Shown here: piece by piece, positions 49,751 through 63,350 of the stretch
Layout of the letters: each line of letters begins with the position of its first letter
Numbering within the stretch: position 1 is the stretch's first letter
NCBI GenBank assembly: GCA_964304625.1
Contig: OZ199838.1
Span: 14,147,061-14,211,060 of the forward strand
From: Kudoa neothunni
Lineage: Eukaryota > Animalia > Cnidaria
Reading direction: 5' to 3'
Length of the DNA stretch: 64,000 nucleotides
Notes under the pieces: generated by a model
The model's database searches: none
What the model was told of the DNA's origin: nothing
Seen by the model: only the letters and a program-made list of their open reading frames with translations
Position numbers and translations under genes: made by a program

Positions 49751-50747
49751 ATGATCGAAAAGAAAGTAGTCGTGCTCGGATCGGGAGGTGTTGGTAAAAG
49801 TGCCTTTGTAATTGATCCCCTTGATTTGGTCTATTTGGAATGTATGTGTGAAAAGATTAGTCTTGGTCATACTTAATTGGTCTATTAAATCATCCATGCA
49901 TATATTCTTGATAGACATCGCTTCCCGTTGATATGTTTTATCACATGGATATTGTTTAGACGGTACAATATGTACAAAATGTTTTTGTAGAAAAATACGA
50001 TCCAACCATTGAAGATTCCTATAGGAAAGTATGCAACATTACGGCACTCAACCTAAACAAACATGTCTTGATTGTGTTGTGTAGAGTGTCGAAATTGAAG
50101 GAAAACAATACATGTTAGAAATTCTCGATACAGCCGGAACTGTAGGTTTTCTTGTGATCCAGCTTAACTCTCCAACTTTTGGTGGGTGGCTCTGATATTT
50201 AATGGGATTGTTTTGTAGGAACAATTCGAGTCTATGCGTGATCTCTATTTGAAAAATGGAAATGGATTTATATTAATATTTGACATTACAAATCCCGAAA
50301 CATTTAAAGTTACACATGATATCTACGAAAAAATCATCGAGGTGAAAGAAAGTAGAAGTGTAATTATTTCCCATCCTATCTACCACTTGGCATTGACTCT
50401 TAATCAATGCTCCTCATTGCTACAGTCGAATTCTCTGATACGTATTTTTGTTGTAGTTTCCATGTGTGTTTGTTGGCAACAAATGCGATCTTGAAGATCA
50501 ACGAGAAGTCAAAAAAGAAGATGTTCTCAAATATATTAACACACTTGGGACTAATGTGTATGAATTTAATTTAATTTAATTGTTTGCTAGTTGTTATTGA
50601 ATGTGGTTTTGTTTTAGTCTATATCTTGAGGGATCCGCCAAACAAATTATCAATGTCAACGAAGCTTTTGTGGACCTTGTGAAATTAATTGAAAAATTGG
50701 ACACTAGTTCCAAGAAAAAGAAAGGGGGTGGTTGTTGTGTATTGTAA
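49751..50747 (+). CDS. RAP1: Ras-related GTPase Rap1
   Basis: Contains [62 protein letters not shown], and a polybasic stretch ending in the CAAX box CCVL. Confidence 0.95.
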
Positions 50748-52035
50748 TTCGTACTCCCTAAGCACAGACACACGCACACACACACAACCTCACACTCCTT
50801 CTTCTGGTAGAGTTGTCGTAGCTGCCATTTTTCAATAAATAATAATAGAAAAATTGCTCTTCTGCTAATTTAAATTGTGTGTTTCTCTCATTGGTGCTTT
50901 GCGTGCTTGCTAGCTTCTATTTCTACGCATTTTTCTATTGTAGCTCTTAAGCGTTGAACTTAGACTAACATTTAGATTAACGCGTTAGATTAGAACGCTT
51001 GGTTATTTTAATCAAGATTTGCATTTATTATTTCTATAAATGATCGCTCGTCACGTTGTTTGTCTGTCGTTTTGTCCAAATGCTACCAGCTTCTTACTTT
51101 AATCGACATCAGCTCATTCGGGGTAGCATAATAAATGCACTTGCTTATTTATTCACGTCACTGGATCCGAGGAAATCTTTGAGCATTGATAGTTTATATT
51201 GGTGGAGCATAAATAATGACCACACACATGTATATCACTATTTTATCTGTTTTTTAATACATTATTTATAATAGAAAAATAATAATAGGAGAAAAGTTCA
51301 GTATTAAAAAATAATTGCTATAATTAAGCCTCTGAAGGGCCGAGAAACGAGCCTTCTCAAACGTAACTTGAGGTCTGCGGGTTTCCAGAATTTCTTTTAT
51401 CGCGTATATTTAAAACGTTATTAAGAATCGATATTTCATATACATTAAATAATTTTATCGATAAAGTATTTAGAAAATCGCCAATCATTGAATAGACTAA
51501 TCCCCAATAATCCGATGTGGTGTAATTTTTCAATCAGACATAAGGAACATAAATTGGCGCGCTTGTACGAATAAAATATGAATATAATAAAGAGGAAATT
51601 TTTTAAACTAATAAATTTGGTAAAATAAATATTTTTCTAATCAGTAGCGATTTAGGTATTTGTTAGAAAAATAAAGGCTACTGTAGAAAAATCCTCAATC
51701 TTAACATCGTGGTGCTGTTTTACGATCACTTCTACAAGTTCAAAATAAGCCCTCTCTTCTAAAAAGCTTGAATTTAATGTGATTTATTCAATAGAATAAA
51801 CAATTGATCTATTGATAATTTTCCCCATATTTATATTCATTCCCAAAAGTAGAGAACATACAGTTACAGGCAACTCTCTTAAAAAATCACGTTAACATCT
51901 TTCTGCTTTGAAGACATACTAATCGAGACTAGAGGTTTAAAAAAGCGAGTATCCAAAATTTCCAAAGTAATTGGAAATTTCAAGACTAAGGAGATCATCT
52001 GAAATATGTGAGGGTTCAGCTACAATAGTGTACAT

Positions 52036-52551
52036 CAGGGGTCGGCAACCTTTTTGAGTGACCGGCTGAACAGACATGATTTACCCTAATTCTAATGCGA
52101 GTCGTATCAAAATTGATCTACAAACATTTTAATTTATCCTAATTTAAAATTTTGGATTGAAATGTATAAATAAGAATTTATAAAAAAATTTTTAAAATAA
52201 AAAAGTACATCAAATCAGAAATATTGTATTCTAATAATTTTCATTTCCAATGTAATCAACTCGTGCTTAACTTGTGAAAGAACGATTTAATGGATGATGC
52301 CAAATACCATGAGGTGTATCTATGTCTTTTTAAAAATATTTTATACTTTTATTGAAATAATTTTTACATTAGTTTAGCAATCATATTTATTCCGGTTTTC
52401 TGATTTAATGAAAATGAAGTTTAGCCGGCTAAAATGTTTACATCGACAATATATAAACATTTAGAAAAACGATCTAAATAACAACTTAAAAAGTAATCAG
52501 GTATTTTGGATATTAAGAAAAAACTGACGGGTCGTAGGTTGCCCACCCTTG
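52036..52551. mobile_element. hAT (Buster-type) MITE
   Basis: TIRs are CAGGGGTCGGCAACC and GGTTGCCCACCCTTG, with an 8-bp TSD GTGTACAT / ATGTACAT. Confidence 0.88.
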
Positions 52552-53633
52552 ATGTACATAATCCAAAACCATTGTATGATGATATTTTATGGTTAATTTT
52601 AACATCTAATTTATATTTATGAATGCTAGGAGCTTCTACACATTTATGTGATAATATTAAACACTTAATTAATTATATGATGGTGTAAGACCTCGTTTTG
52701 AAACTGAATACTTTTGGTTTATACGCCTAAGTACGAGACGCCCCAACAAATATCGCCTACACTATTTGCGTGTTACCGCCGCTCGCTAATAAAATAGTCA
52801 AAATATATAATATTGGAATTTCAATATCTATTACATTTTATTATTTATTCTAATCGCTCAAATAATTTGAAGTATTTAATTAATTCAACGAATTATGAAA
52901 TCTTAATTAATGAAATTAGGTGACCATTTCCAATAATACGTAATGTAAAGTTTTCTTAACTTTACAAATAAGCTTCGATTTGAAATAATTAAAATATTCA
53001 TTATAAACAAGGCACAGTTATAGTTAACTAAATTGTAGGTTTTATTTCGAATCTGTGACTTTACACATATAATTCTTCATATAAGAATTAAACAGTCTCG
53101 ATTTTTCAAAGACTTAGTTGAGAAGTATTGACTTAACATATTTTCCCTATTCAACAACAACTAGAAATTCAACCAATTTTACTGTTTAAGAATATAATTT
53201 TGCGCGTTTTTTGGATGATAACTAAATAGAAAATGAGGTCTCATGTTCAGTGAAACATTTTATAAAGACTAATTTTTAAAATAATGCATCTGTAGAATAT
53301 TATGATGGTTAAGACAAAATTAAACCATTTCGTTTTGCACGAAAACAATTGCTACCAGTGAGATAGAAATAATTAATATCCATCCTAAAACTATAAATTC
53401 ATATTTATTATCAGCTAATAAAAGGCTTTTAGGCTTATAATACAGAATAACCAATTCTGTTTCAAGTTCAGTTTATTCTTCTATAAGGTGTGGTTTTTAG
53501 AGTTGCAAAAATTATAACACATTTATTTATCTTAAAATTTTTACAACTATCACAGATAAAGATTTATGTGAGATTGAAGTTGGAAAATAACTCAAAAGAA
53601 TAAATTTTAATCCAAAACGAATTATTTTTGCTA

Positions 53634-53647
53634 CCAATGCACGCGCA
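53634..53647. promoter_or_regulatory. CCAAT overlapping an NRF-1-like GCACGCGCA upstream of ERV1
   Basis: CCAATGCACGCGCA lies ~125 bp before the ATG. Confidence 0.35.
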
Positions 53648-53770
53648 GCATTTCACATAGCCCCTCCCCGATCGCTCTGTATCTGGATAGGTGCCACAGG
53701 TGATGTGACCAAATTTTTCAAATTCTTAATTCAAGTTCATTTAGGTGTATAGGCCTACAACGAACCACTA

Positions 53771-54332
53771 ATGTCATCTTATCTGGACCGATTCAAAAAA
53801 AATAAGGAGAAAGCATGTCGAACATGTGTTAATTTTGATCAATGGATAAAGAGCTTTTCTGATAAAGTATGTCCACCTCTGTGATCAATTTGTGATAACG
53901 ATTCACTTTAGAAAAAAGAAAATGTGACTGAAAATCGAAAGGATTGTCCGTTGGATAGTGTCGAATTGGGTCAACATAGTTGGGCGTTCCTTCACACCAT
54001 GGCTGCCTACTACCCAGTAAAACCTACTCCTCAAGATCAGCAAGATATGAAAGATTTGATTAGATTGTTCAGCAAATTTTATCCTTGTCAACCGTGTGCT
54101 GAACATCTTCAAGAAAGGTATCAATATGTGAAGTTTTCGGATGGTACGTGAGTTAATTTTTAGTCTTAAATTACCTGAATTAACTCCGAAAACAACCTCA
54201 AATGAAGAACTTACACAATGGTTCTGTAAGCTGCATAACCATATAAACAAATATCTCGGAAAACCTGAATTCGATTGTTCCAAGGTGAATCAACGTTGGT
54301 ACTCTGGCTGGGATGATGGCAGTTGTGGATGA
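53771..54332 (+). CDS. GFER: Mitochondrial FAD-linked sulfhydryl oxidase ERV1/ALR
   Basis: N-terminal CRTC shuttle motif, [51 protein letters not shown] and RW..GWDDGSC. Confidence 0.96.
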
Positions 54333-54789
54333 TCGCAACAACAATAACAAATTACACTCATAAAATTGTATATCCTTTTTTATTGCAAAGCCTATAAAGT
54401 TATTTATCGACAGCGTTACTTACATATATTTGTTATATAATTATCTCTGTAATAATCTGTATATAGTTGTATTTATTATAATCCGTTTATTCGTTTTTAT
54501 TTTATATGTAGTAAGGCAGCAACCCTATATAGCTACATAGCTACATAGCATAGATAGGGTTGATATTGAAACGATACTTTATGAATATTGTTGAGCATAT
54601 CATATATATTGACTATTAGAATTGTCCTTCCATTATCTCGATACATATTTGTTGTCAATAACAGACTTGAAAAGAATGAATTAAAATTTTAATCAAACGC
54701 GTCGTTTTTGGCCGAGATAGCTCGAGAAGTCGGTCGGTTCTTTCAAAGCCCAATATCTCGTAGGCCGCACCTAATAATTTTACATTTAA

Positions 54790-55816
54790 ATGGAGATTTT
54801 GGATTGCGTTTGGAGTATTGATTGGCTGAGGGGATTGATCAAATATATAATTCGACTAATCACAGGAAAGTCTGAGATACAACGCATATGCACATCGAAC
54901 AACTATTCCGATCATTCAGTCTCTCTTGTAAATAGGTGTGTGCGCTCGATGGAACGATCCAGATATACACAACTACACGAGGCTGCGCTTTGTGATAATG
55001 TGGATTGTATAATCGAATACACCGATGTGGTTTTTTTTCTTAAACTATATTCAACCAATGTGAGTGATGTATTCTATCAGCAAACCATTGACGACAATTT
55101 CATTTTCTATGACAATCTCAAATATGTGATTAAACACATTTATGAATATAACACTTTGATAAACATGATTGAGAAGAGGAAAAATGTTGCATTCGATAGG
55201 AATGACCCTGTGCATATGAATAAATTGAGGTCTGTATGGCGACATCTCAACTCTAAAACTGCCGAGTTTCCTGAAGGCAGGAGTGAGCATTGGAAACATT
55301 TAGGATTTCAGGTAGATATTTTATTCGGCTTGCTAGCTAGTCTAGTAGGTGTGATGTTTTGTGTTAGTTTTTATTTAATTGTGAATTAAGGGGTTACTGC
55401 CGGAGACCGATTTTCGTGGTGTGGGAATGTTGGCGCTCGATGCGTTAGAATTTTTTTGCCGCCAGTCCAATCCCTCATTAAATGAAACTCTCGATTCCAA
55501 ATGTCTATTTAACGAATCTTTAGAAGAACCTTATGGCTACCCATTTGCTATCGGGATTATCAACCTTTTGAACTCTCAAGTGGACCTACTCAACCAAGGT
55601 CTTCTAAGAAATATTATCATGGTCAACCATGAGAATCGTTATGAATATGTAACGATGAATGATTCAAATTTGAACAACTTTTGGTTATTTTTTCGACAAT
55701 TTTTCTATGGATTTCATCAATTTTGGATGACCAGCAAACAACAAAATATACTCAATTTCAATATTTTAAAGAAAATATACACTGATAACTGTGTCAAGAA
55801 TCTAAAAGATGGATAA
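54790..55816 (+). CDS. ELMO domain-containing protein (ELMOD, Arf-family GAP)
   Basis: Contains ITGKSEIQRIC, FDRNDPVHMNKLRSVW, WKHLGFQG.LPETDFRGVGMLAL and YGYPFAIGIINL; one intron. Confidence 0.9.
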
Positions 55817-56270
55817 CTTTATAGTTTTATAGTGATGTTTAAAATGTACTGTTTTTGTTGAGTTTCAAATAAATGTCTCTATCTTTTTTTGTAAACTTAT
55901 CTGATTGCATTTCTAAGTTAGCTGGGTCTTAGTAAATTTTTTAATTCACTATCTTCGATTAGCTCACTATAGGGGCGGTCTTTAATCGTTCCGATGCTTT
56001 CAAACCTTATCTGCCTAATGGTACACTTCTTAAAATCCATCAGTTTATTTAATATTCTGTGGTTAATTATACGCTGTGACTATTATTGGGAGAATTTAAT
56101 CCTAGTTGGTATATACCAGGGATGGCCAGACCTGCCCGGATCGAGAGCCAACCTTAAGGTTGTCCAAATTTTCAAGAGCCACATAGCATTAAAATCATTT
56201 ATAAACTTCTTTCTTATGTAAAACTTACATTTTTGTAAAATTTTTGATAAATGTTGTAGAATTATAAATA

Positions 56271-56925
56271 CAGTAGGCAACCGATAATACGCGCCAAAGA
56301 TGCGTGAAATTTTATTTTGTGTTTTCATTCTTTTCCAGCATGAGTAATACAGTAGATTTTTAGAATAGAATAACTAAAAATGCGTTATTAAGATTATTTG
56401 ACTGAAAAATAATTTGTAAACTTTTACATTGGGATAAGATTTCGTAAATAGTCAGTTCTACGAAATTATAAATTTTGTTTTACTTTATATTTATTTTTAA
56501 CCCCATTATGAAAAAAAACGTTTATACATTTTGACCATACAAATGTTAAAAAGTTCATCTTACTATTAAATTTGGATACAGCGTATATTGTAAAGTGTCT
56601 AATGACGACTATTATTGCGCTTTTAGATACATTTTGGAATAATTCCACATTATTTATAATATTCCCACAAAAATTCAACTGTTAAAATTTTAATTTTATC
56701 CTCGTTTCCAACAAACAAGAATTCAATCTTCGTGGTTTGGCCGAAAAAAGTGCTTACTATGGTTAGTCACATGATATAGAAGATTGGCAATTTCCTTGTT
56801 TTATTCAAAAAGATTTTAATGACTTTTACCTTTTTGCAATCATAAAAATATTTTAAAACGCATCACATAATATAAACCTTGAATACGTCGTATTGATGAA
56901 AGTGCGCATTATCGGTTACCTAATG
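56271..56925. mobile_element. Tc1/pogo-type TIR element remnant
   Basis: TA-CAGTAGGCAACCGATAATACGCGC and GCGCATTATCGGTTACCTAATG are inverted repeats. Confidence 0.75.
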
Positions 56926-56954
56926 CATCTTTTTGTTCAATTAAGGGTGAATTC

Positions 56955-57300
56955 ATAAATTGCACTTGCTGTGGCTTCGTGTAGAATTTCTGAAATACTG
57001 TTTCCTGATGGTAAGGCAGCATACCATGTATTCAACTCGCCGTGAGATTATCTTACGACGGCATCGTTGTATACAGAAGATATAAGGGAACGAGATTGGC
57101 TGAATTACTTGAAAAATGAAATACGATTATTTGGATAAATGCACTATGGCCAATAAAATTGTTCCCAAGACTCTAGATTTAATTCTTTAAGATATAACTG
57201 AACGAGATGTTTATTTAAGTGGAAAAACAAAAATTATATCTGAAAATTCCCCCGAACCCTACCTGTAATTGTAATCCCAGGAGGTGATCACGTAAAAGTA
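56955..57300 (+). mobile_element. Helitron PIF1-like helicase relic
   Basis: ALAVASCRISEILFPDGKAAYHVFNSP resembles ALAVASSGIAATLLPGGRTAHSRFKLP. Frameshifted IIW(DE)CTMANK and GKT..(GDFRQ)TLPVI traces follow. Confidence 0.75.
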
Positions 57301-57685
57301 TTCTTAAAGTCATATTTGCGGCAAAAAGTAAGGAGCTCAGAGCTTATCATGAATAAGAGGGATTTGCTGAGCAAATATCGCCATCGCGATAACTTTTCAT
57401 GCAATACTCGTTATACACTAACATATTCAAATACTTGAATCTTCTATGATTTATTTCTAAAATAAATTTAAAAAATAAGGTGTTTAAATAAGATTTCAAA
57501 AATAATTCAAGGAGCCATCCCGTATTTTATCGCACAGAATCATAATTATTTGCAGTATTATTAACAGCGCCTATGGAATTCAAATTATAAAAAGTTGCAC
57601 AAATACAGCAGTTAGTCTAATTAAACAACAGAAATAACATAGATAATAAGTTAAACAAAAGAATATTTTTCCTTAATAAAACTTA

Positions 57686-60600
57686 TTAGTCAACATGAAA
57701 TTGATCATCTTCATTTAGAATATTGTTAAGTTCAAGATAGGTAATAAGATTCTGCATGATAAGATTCATAGTACCATAAGGTCCACTAGGAGCACTATCA
57801 TAGAAAAATCGACAAATAGAATTGTATCCATTGCAACGACGGCTTTGTGGTTTTCTGTTGGCACAACAACAGGTAGCGTCTCCATTTATATTGGCCTTCA
57901 AATATAAATCAGTCACAGAGATTGTCAATAGAGATTAGCACAGTACTTGATGTCGAAGGAAAAGATCATTGCTTTCAGTAATAATATAATCTATAGGGAA
58001 AGTGTGGTCAAGATAGATAGGTTTTTTTAGTTGTTTTATGAGTGATGTAAAAACGCTGATAACTTCCACAGCTAGTTGCCGATACTCCGGTTCGAAGAAT
58101 GCACCTAGGGCAGTTTCAACGCGTAGAGCGAATTTCATTTCTCCGGGTGTCATCTAAGTGTAATATGATCTATATATTTACCACAAAAAGCTGCGACAAC
58201 AAAAAGTGTTAGTCATGTGTAACTTACCTCAAAAATAATTTCATTACTGAGATTGTAGTTGGCAAAAGAGATTCCTTTACTCTAATTATGATCAACATTT
58301 TAGCCCATGAGTGAGAGAAATTATTCATATTGAAAAAATCAGTAATGAGCTAACATGTTTCAGTATAAACCACACATCTTTGAAGAATGATTCATAATAG
58401 TTGTTGAGTGCACCGTCAAGACTTCGCCTACGATACCAAAGTCCCATACTTTCGTCAGCAGTTCGACCACTAGCACTAGCACAGGAATCGACGTCGGTTT
58501 CCTCGGCGTTCAAGTTCAACATGACACTCTGAACAACATTACATCCAATAAAATAAACAAATTTAAACATGTATAATTTAATATAGAGATGTATGATAAG
58601 ATAAAGAGGGTTTGTAGTAACCTTGGTGCGGGACTTTTTCTTAAACCTCTCATTTCCTATAATGTTAATCTTGTTTCCATCTACTTATCAACCACATAAA
58701 CATCACAGCCTGCTTATAGGTTCATCTACCTCGTTTCAAAAGAAACTCTTTGCGATATAATATTAATGAAAGCAATTTGATCACGTCAGCAGGTGGTATA
58801 TTTAGAAAAACATCCATAACTTGCTCATCTATATTGTTCAATATGCCGACAATTTATTAATAATTATTTCGATTAATTAGAGAAATTAGAGAAATTAGTT
58901 AATAATTTCTAAACCTTTGAGGTGGAGATTCCTGGAAAATTCACTCAACAACACATTCAAAATGATTCCCACACGAATACGTAACATGCCATTAAACAAC
59001 TCGGGACTAGTTTTAATAAGCATAGATATGTAAGCGATAATTTCCTATCGGTCAACTTATTTTATCAATCGTAACCAATTGTGTTACTTGAGTGAGCAAT
59101 CTATAAATAGCTGTGTTAGGATAGCATTGATAGAGAATTTCTTGAAGTTGTACATCGGATAATGGTCTAGAGTTGTATTCAATTAAAGTAGAAACGTTTG
59201 TGCACAAATAAGTATATTAGGCCTACTTGTCAATAACTTTCTCAGTGGCATTTGAATGGCCGACAGTAAGCTGTTTTTCTCTTACAATAATATCAGAGCA
59301 AGCCTAAAGTAACAAATAAAATCTAGGCTAGATTCAAACGTGCTCTCAAATTTGAAGTTTTTAATTACTTGGCTCAAATTATCCATGTGAATATTTAGAT
59401 GGGCGGCTACACTTCTGATATATCTCCACAGTAGATTTTCACATACCTAAAATATAAAATTATCCTCACTTAGCTACCCCGGCCATTTTTATTTCAATGT
59501 GATCATTGACCCACACAAATTTAATCCAAAAATAATTTAATGTATGTCTAATCCAACTCAATTTTTATTCTATACAGCTAGCTTTATAGGTCACATATAA
59601 ATCAAATTTGTTTCCATCTTTTAAGTTAATTATTTATGATCCATCCCTTTTATATCAAAGTCATTAAATAATTGGCAGTTATACTACATATAGAAGATTA
59701 AATTTGCATGGGCCTATCGACATTTTTTATATTTTTATTCTTTGAGGTGTTATTATTACTCGTTGGTAAAGTTCGTTCAACAGTGACTCTACAGTGCCAT
59801 GGTAACCACTGTTTGATAGAACTATTTCAAAATTCCCTCCACTAAAAGCAAGTAAAATATTCAACCGAACACTATCACAATCAAATAAATACAACATATT
59901 GTGTAGATTGAGAATAGCGTAAACTTTAGCGCGGAATGATTTGGAGTTTTCCAAGTCTCTGATTAAGTCTTCATATTTATAGTTGAGATTAACATTGGAT
60001 GTTTCCAGTGAATCTTCTGTAACGGATTATTAGTCAAGCTTACGGCAATTGTTTACCGAAATGATTGTACACATTAAGTGTATCGCTTTGAGAACAGAGG
60101 TGCGGTTCGGAGTCGGAGTGTGAACTGAACTCATTTGATACCTCAAATATAGAATTTGAATCTTTTCCGTGGTTGGTATGATTTGATGTTAGATTTTCCA
60201 GCTAACCATTAGTACTCATATTGGACAATCATATCAAATATTAATTTTTTTAATGGTGAATTACATCGAATATGGTGGTTGTGTTTTTTCTGGGTTTTTT
60301 GGAAGATCTGATTGCGTGCTTTGCGATGCCTAAATTTTTATTTTAATAGAAATCTCAAAATGCAAATTTTTTTATTATAATATTTTAATTGTTCGTGATA
60401 GTCATAATACTTATTATTTATTTATTCAATTATTCAGTGAAACTTTATATCAACAAATTCTATCATAAGTTTACTCTGAACAAGAGCACCACTTATGAAT
60501 TTGAGATTCACAATACAAGCAGTGTTCAAATGGTTGTAGATATAATCCAAGTTGACCCTGTAAAAAGAAATTATAGGGATCCACACATAATTCAACAACC

Positions 60601-63350
60601 AACCTGATACCCATATAGTTTCCTGCTTGAAATCTTTTAATCATTTCCATAAAAAGAGGAAATTTTTTAACATCTATATAGCAATTAAAAGAAAACAGAT
60701 TTCTTTCAGTCTACCTAAGAGTGTTTCTTTTATTGGAATGATAATAGTGGGCCGACCCTGCAATATCCAATTTGTTCTAAGGTACTCTATTTCGATGGTT
60801 AACAGCTTCACAAAAAGATCTGAGTCCAAATAGAGATAAAAATGTTTTTGATCTAGTAGCTATTTGGAAAGAAAATTAATCAATAATTTGATCCATTTTT
60901 GTTATTAAATTATAATATAATCATAACAAGAACACATACTTGAGGGTAAAATCCATATGTGTAGGTGTCAGTTCTGTAGAAAATCGAAGTAGACAATGTT
61001 TCGGCACTATTGAACGCCCTAAAAACTCCTATTTTATCAGGGTAATCGTTTCACAGAAGAGCTACCTGCCACTCAAACCCGATTTGGAACATCGACCCAA
61101 GTGACCATATATTCTGTTAAGCTCAGAAGCTGGAAGTATGGTTTTCACTATAGGATCATCTGGTGAATGGATTGGCACATTGATTTGACTCATAAGGTCA
61201 TAAGAGTTCATATCTTTGGCAACCAAAGCAACTATTTTTTTGCATATTACAATTCCCTGCCAAATCAAGCACTACCTTGAATAACAGAACTGTGTTTTAG
61301 GGAAAATTTGTATCTTCGATTCAAAGGGTCAATATCTGCAGGCGCGAGGAGTTCCTGTAAGACAATTTTGTAAAATTATTCAAAATAAAATATTTTTAGC
61401 AGTTTTATTTCTCCGACGGTGATATTATTCTTAAATTTGACTTTCTAATATATTTTTTATACGTAGAGATTATATGGAAACAATTAATGAAAAAATATCA
61501 ATTAGATAACTATACATTAAGTTTTGAAACTAAAAGATTAAAATATACTTTTGCCCGTCGAGTCTAATAAAAATTGAAACACGCGATATATCAATTTGGT
61601 TTTTTACACGTTCATCTCAAAAATTTCTTTTTCTCATAATTATGCTTTTAATTTTCTTTAAACCATAAGAAAATATTTTAAAGTTTAATAGAATTTTCGT
61701 AAAAAATGTTTATATGAATTAATAACAACAATGTTTATTTTGTAATGAGAATAATATGAACAAATGTTAATCACCACAAATCAGACTTATTTCTATATTA
61801 TTACGAAAATAACAAGTTACGAAAAATTAATAAAATATAAAAAAATAATCACGTAAATTGAAATGAAAATAACTGAATTCCTTAATGAGATTTTTAATAT
61901 TTTAGCAATTTTTATCGACTACACTTAAAAACGAAATCTTTTAGCTAATTATGAAATATTCTCGATTCTCAACCATGTGTATAAATTGTTTCATGAACTA
62001 ACCTTTAAAAAAACAGCCAAGAAATTAAATTACCTCATGAAATATCATACACAAAATATACAACGACTGAGCCCACATAAATGGTATATGTATGCCTGGA
62101 AGTCGTTCTTGAGAATGAGGGTTTTTAATCTCTTGATCCACCTTGATAATGATGTGATTAAAAATTCGATAAATACACGAACTAAAACCTTATCCTCTGG
62201 CACATAATATAGTTGTGGTACCATTGGAATATTTCCTTGGTATACGCACAATACATCAGAGAGCTTTTTGTAATATTCTTCAGCCTATAATAGTCGTGGA
62301 TTAGTCTACAATAATTAGTATCCTAGCAGCATAATTCGTTTAAGCTTAAATTTAAATTTAACTATAATATAATTTTATCCAAATCAAACCTATAGCAGTT
62401 AAGAATTATAATTTTTAATAAAAAGATAAACAAACATCTCAAATGTAGATCTCACTTGTTTTAGATCCTCTGAAAAGTAGCCATCGATACACATATAAGC
62501 GAAGAATAGAGGCCATTCACATTCGATATTTTCAAACTTTTCCAATTCCACCAAGTCATAATGAAGTTTGTGTGGATCCTGTGAATTTTTGCGAAAGACA
62601 ATGCATATGTGTGTGCTAAGAATAACAAACAATATTTACCGATCTGACTGTGCAATAGCCGTCTCGAAGGAACCTCTTAAAACCATATCGACCCTTTCAG
62701 GAAGAGGATTAAATTTAATTTAATTTGGAAATCGATTACTTCTAATTTATTTTTAATCGCTGATTTGGTCGTATCCATGAGATTTTGATCATCCACACAA
62801 AACGCAGGGAAGCCAATAATACTTAGTAGACTTGAACCAATCTCCTAAACAATTTAATCAGCATAAATTTCATATACTCAACGGTATTCTTGATAAATAC
62901 TTTTGATAATGATTCTCTCGGCAGCATAGATTTTAATATTGTCTAAATTTCAGATGTAAATTTACTACGCACAAGTTAGCAATAAGCACATTGCAATGTT
63001 GGATGTTGTCGGGTTGGACGTGGATAAGGGAGCTGGGACCGCCAGTAGATCCGAATAAATTAAAGTCTGTCAACGCCTCCATAGCAGCCTAATTCTATTA
63101 ATACACCTCTGCCCAATCACATGAGTTAAACCTTAGCCATTCCTATAGAACAAGCATTCAACTCAGGCACACCATTGTTGGTCTTGTCACCGCGTTCCCA
63201 AACCCCATAATCCTACATAGGAGAAAACAAATATAGATCGGCTAAATTTTATTTTGCCAAAATACTGGAGTCTTAAATGCCTTCTCTATGTAGAATACCA
63301 GATTTTGAATGAAGCAAACCTCATCCAGTGTATTTACAATTTGTAATCCT
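57686..63350 (-). CDS. PHKA: Phosphorylase kinase regulatory subunit alpha; 5' exons lie beyond the window
   Basis: Contains [82 protein letters not shown] and FYDSAPSG. Confidence 0.93.

Noticed and set aside
57820-57890. Cys-rich insertion (TCCCANRK...C...IC) in the PHKA C-terminus
   Set aside because: As I recall, similar Cys-containing segments precede FYDSAPSG in invertebrate PHKA, so it is probably not novel.
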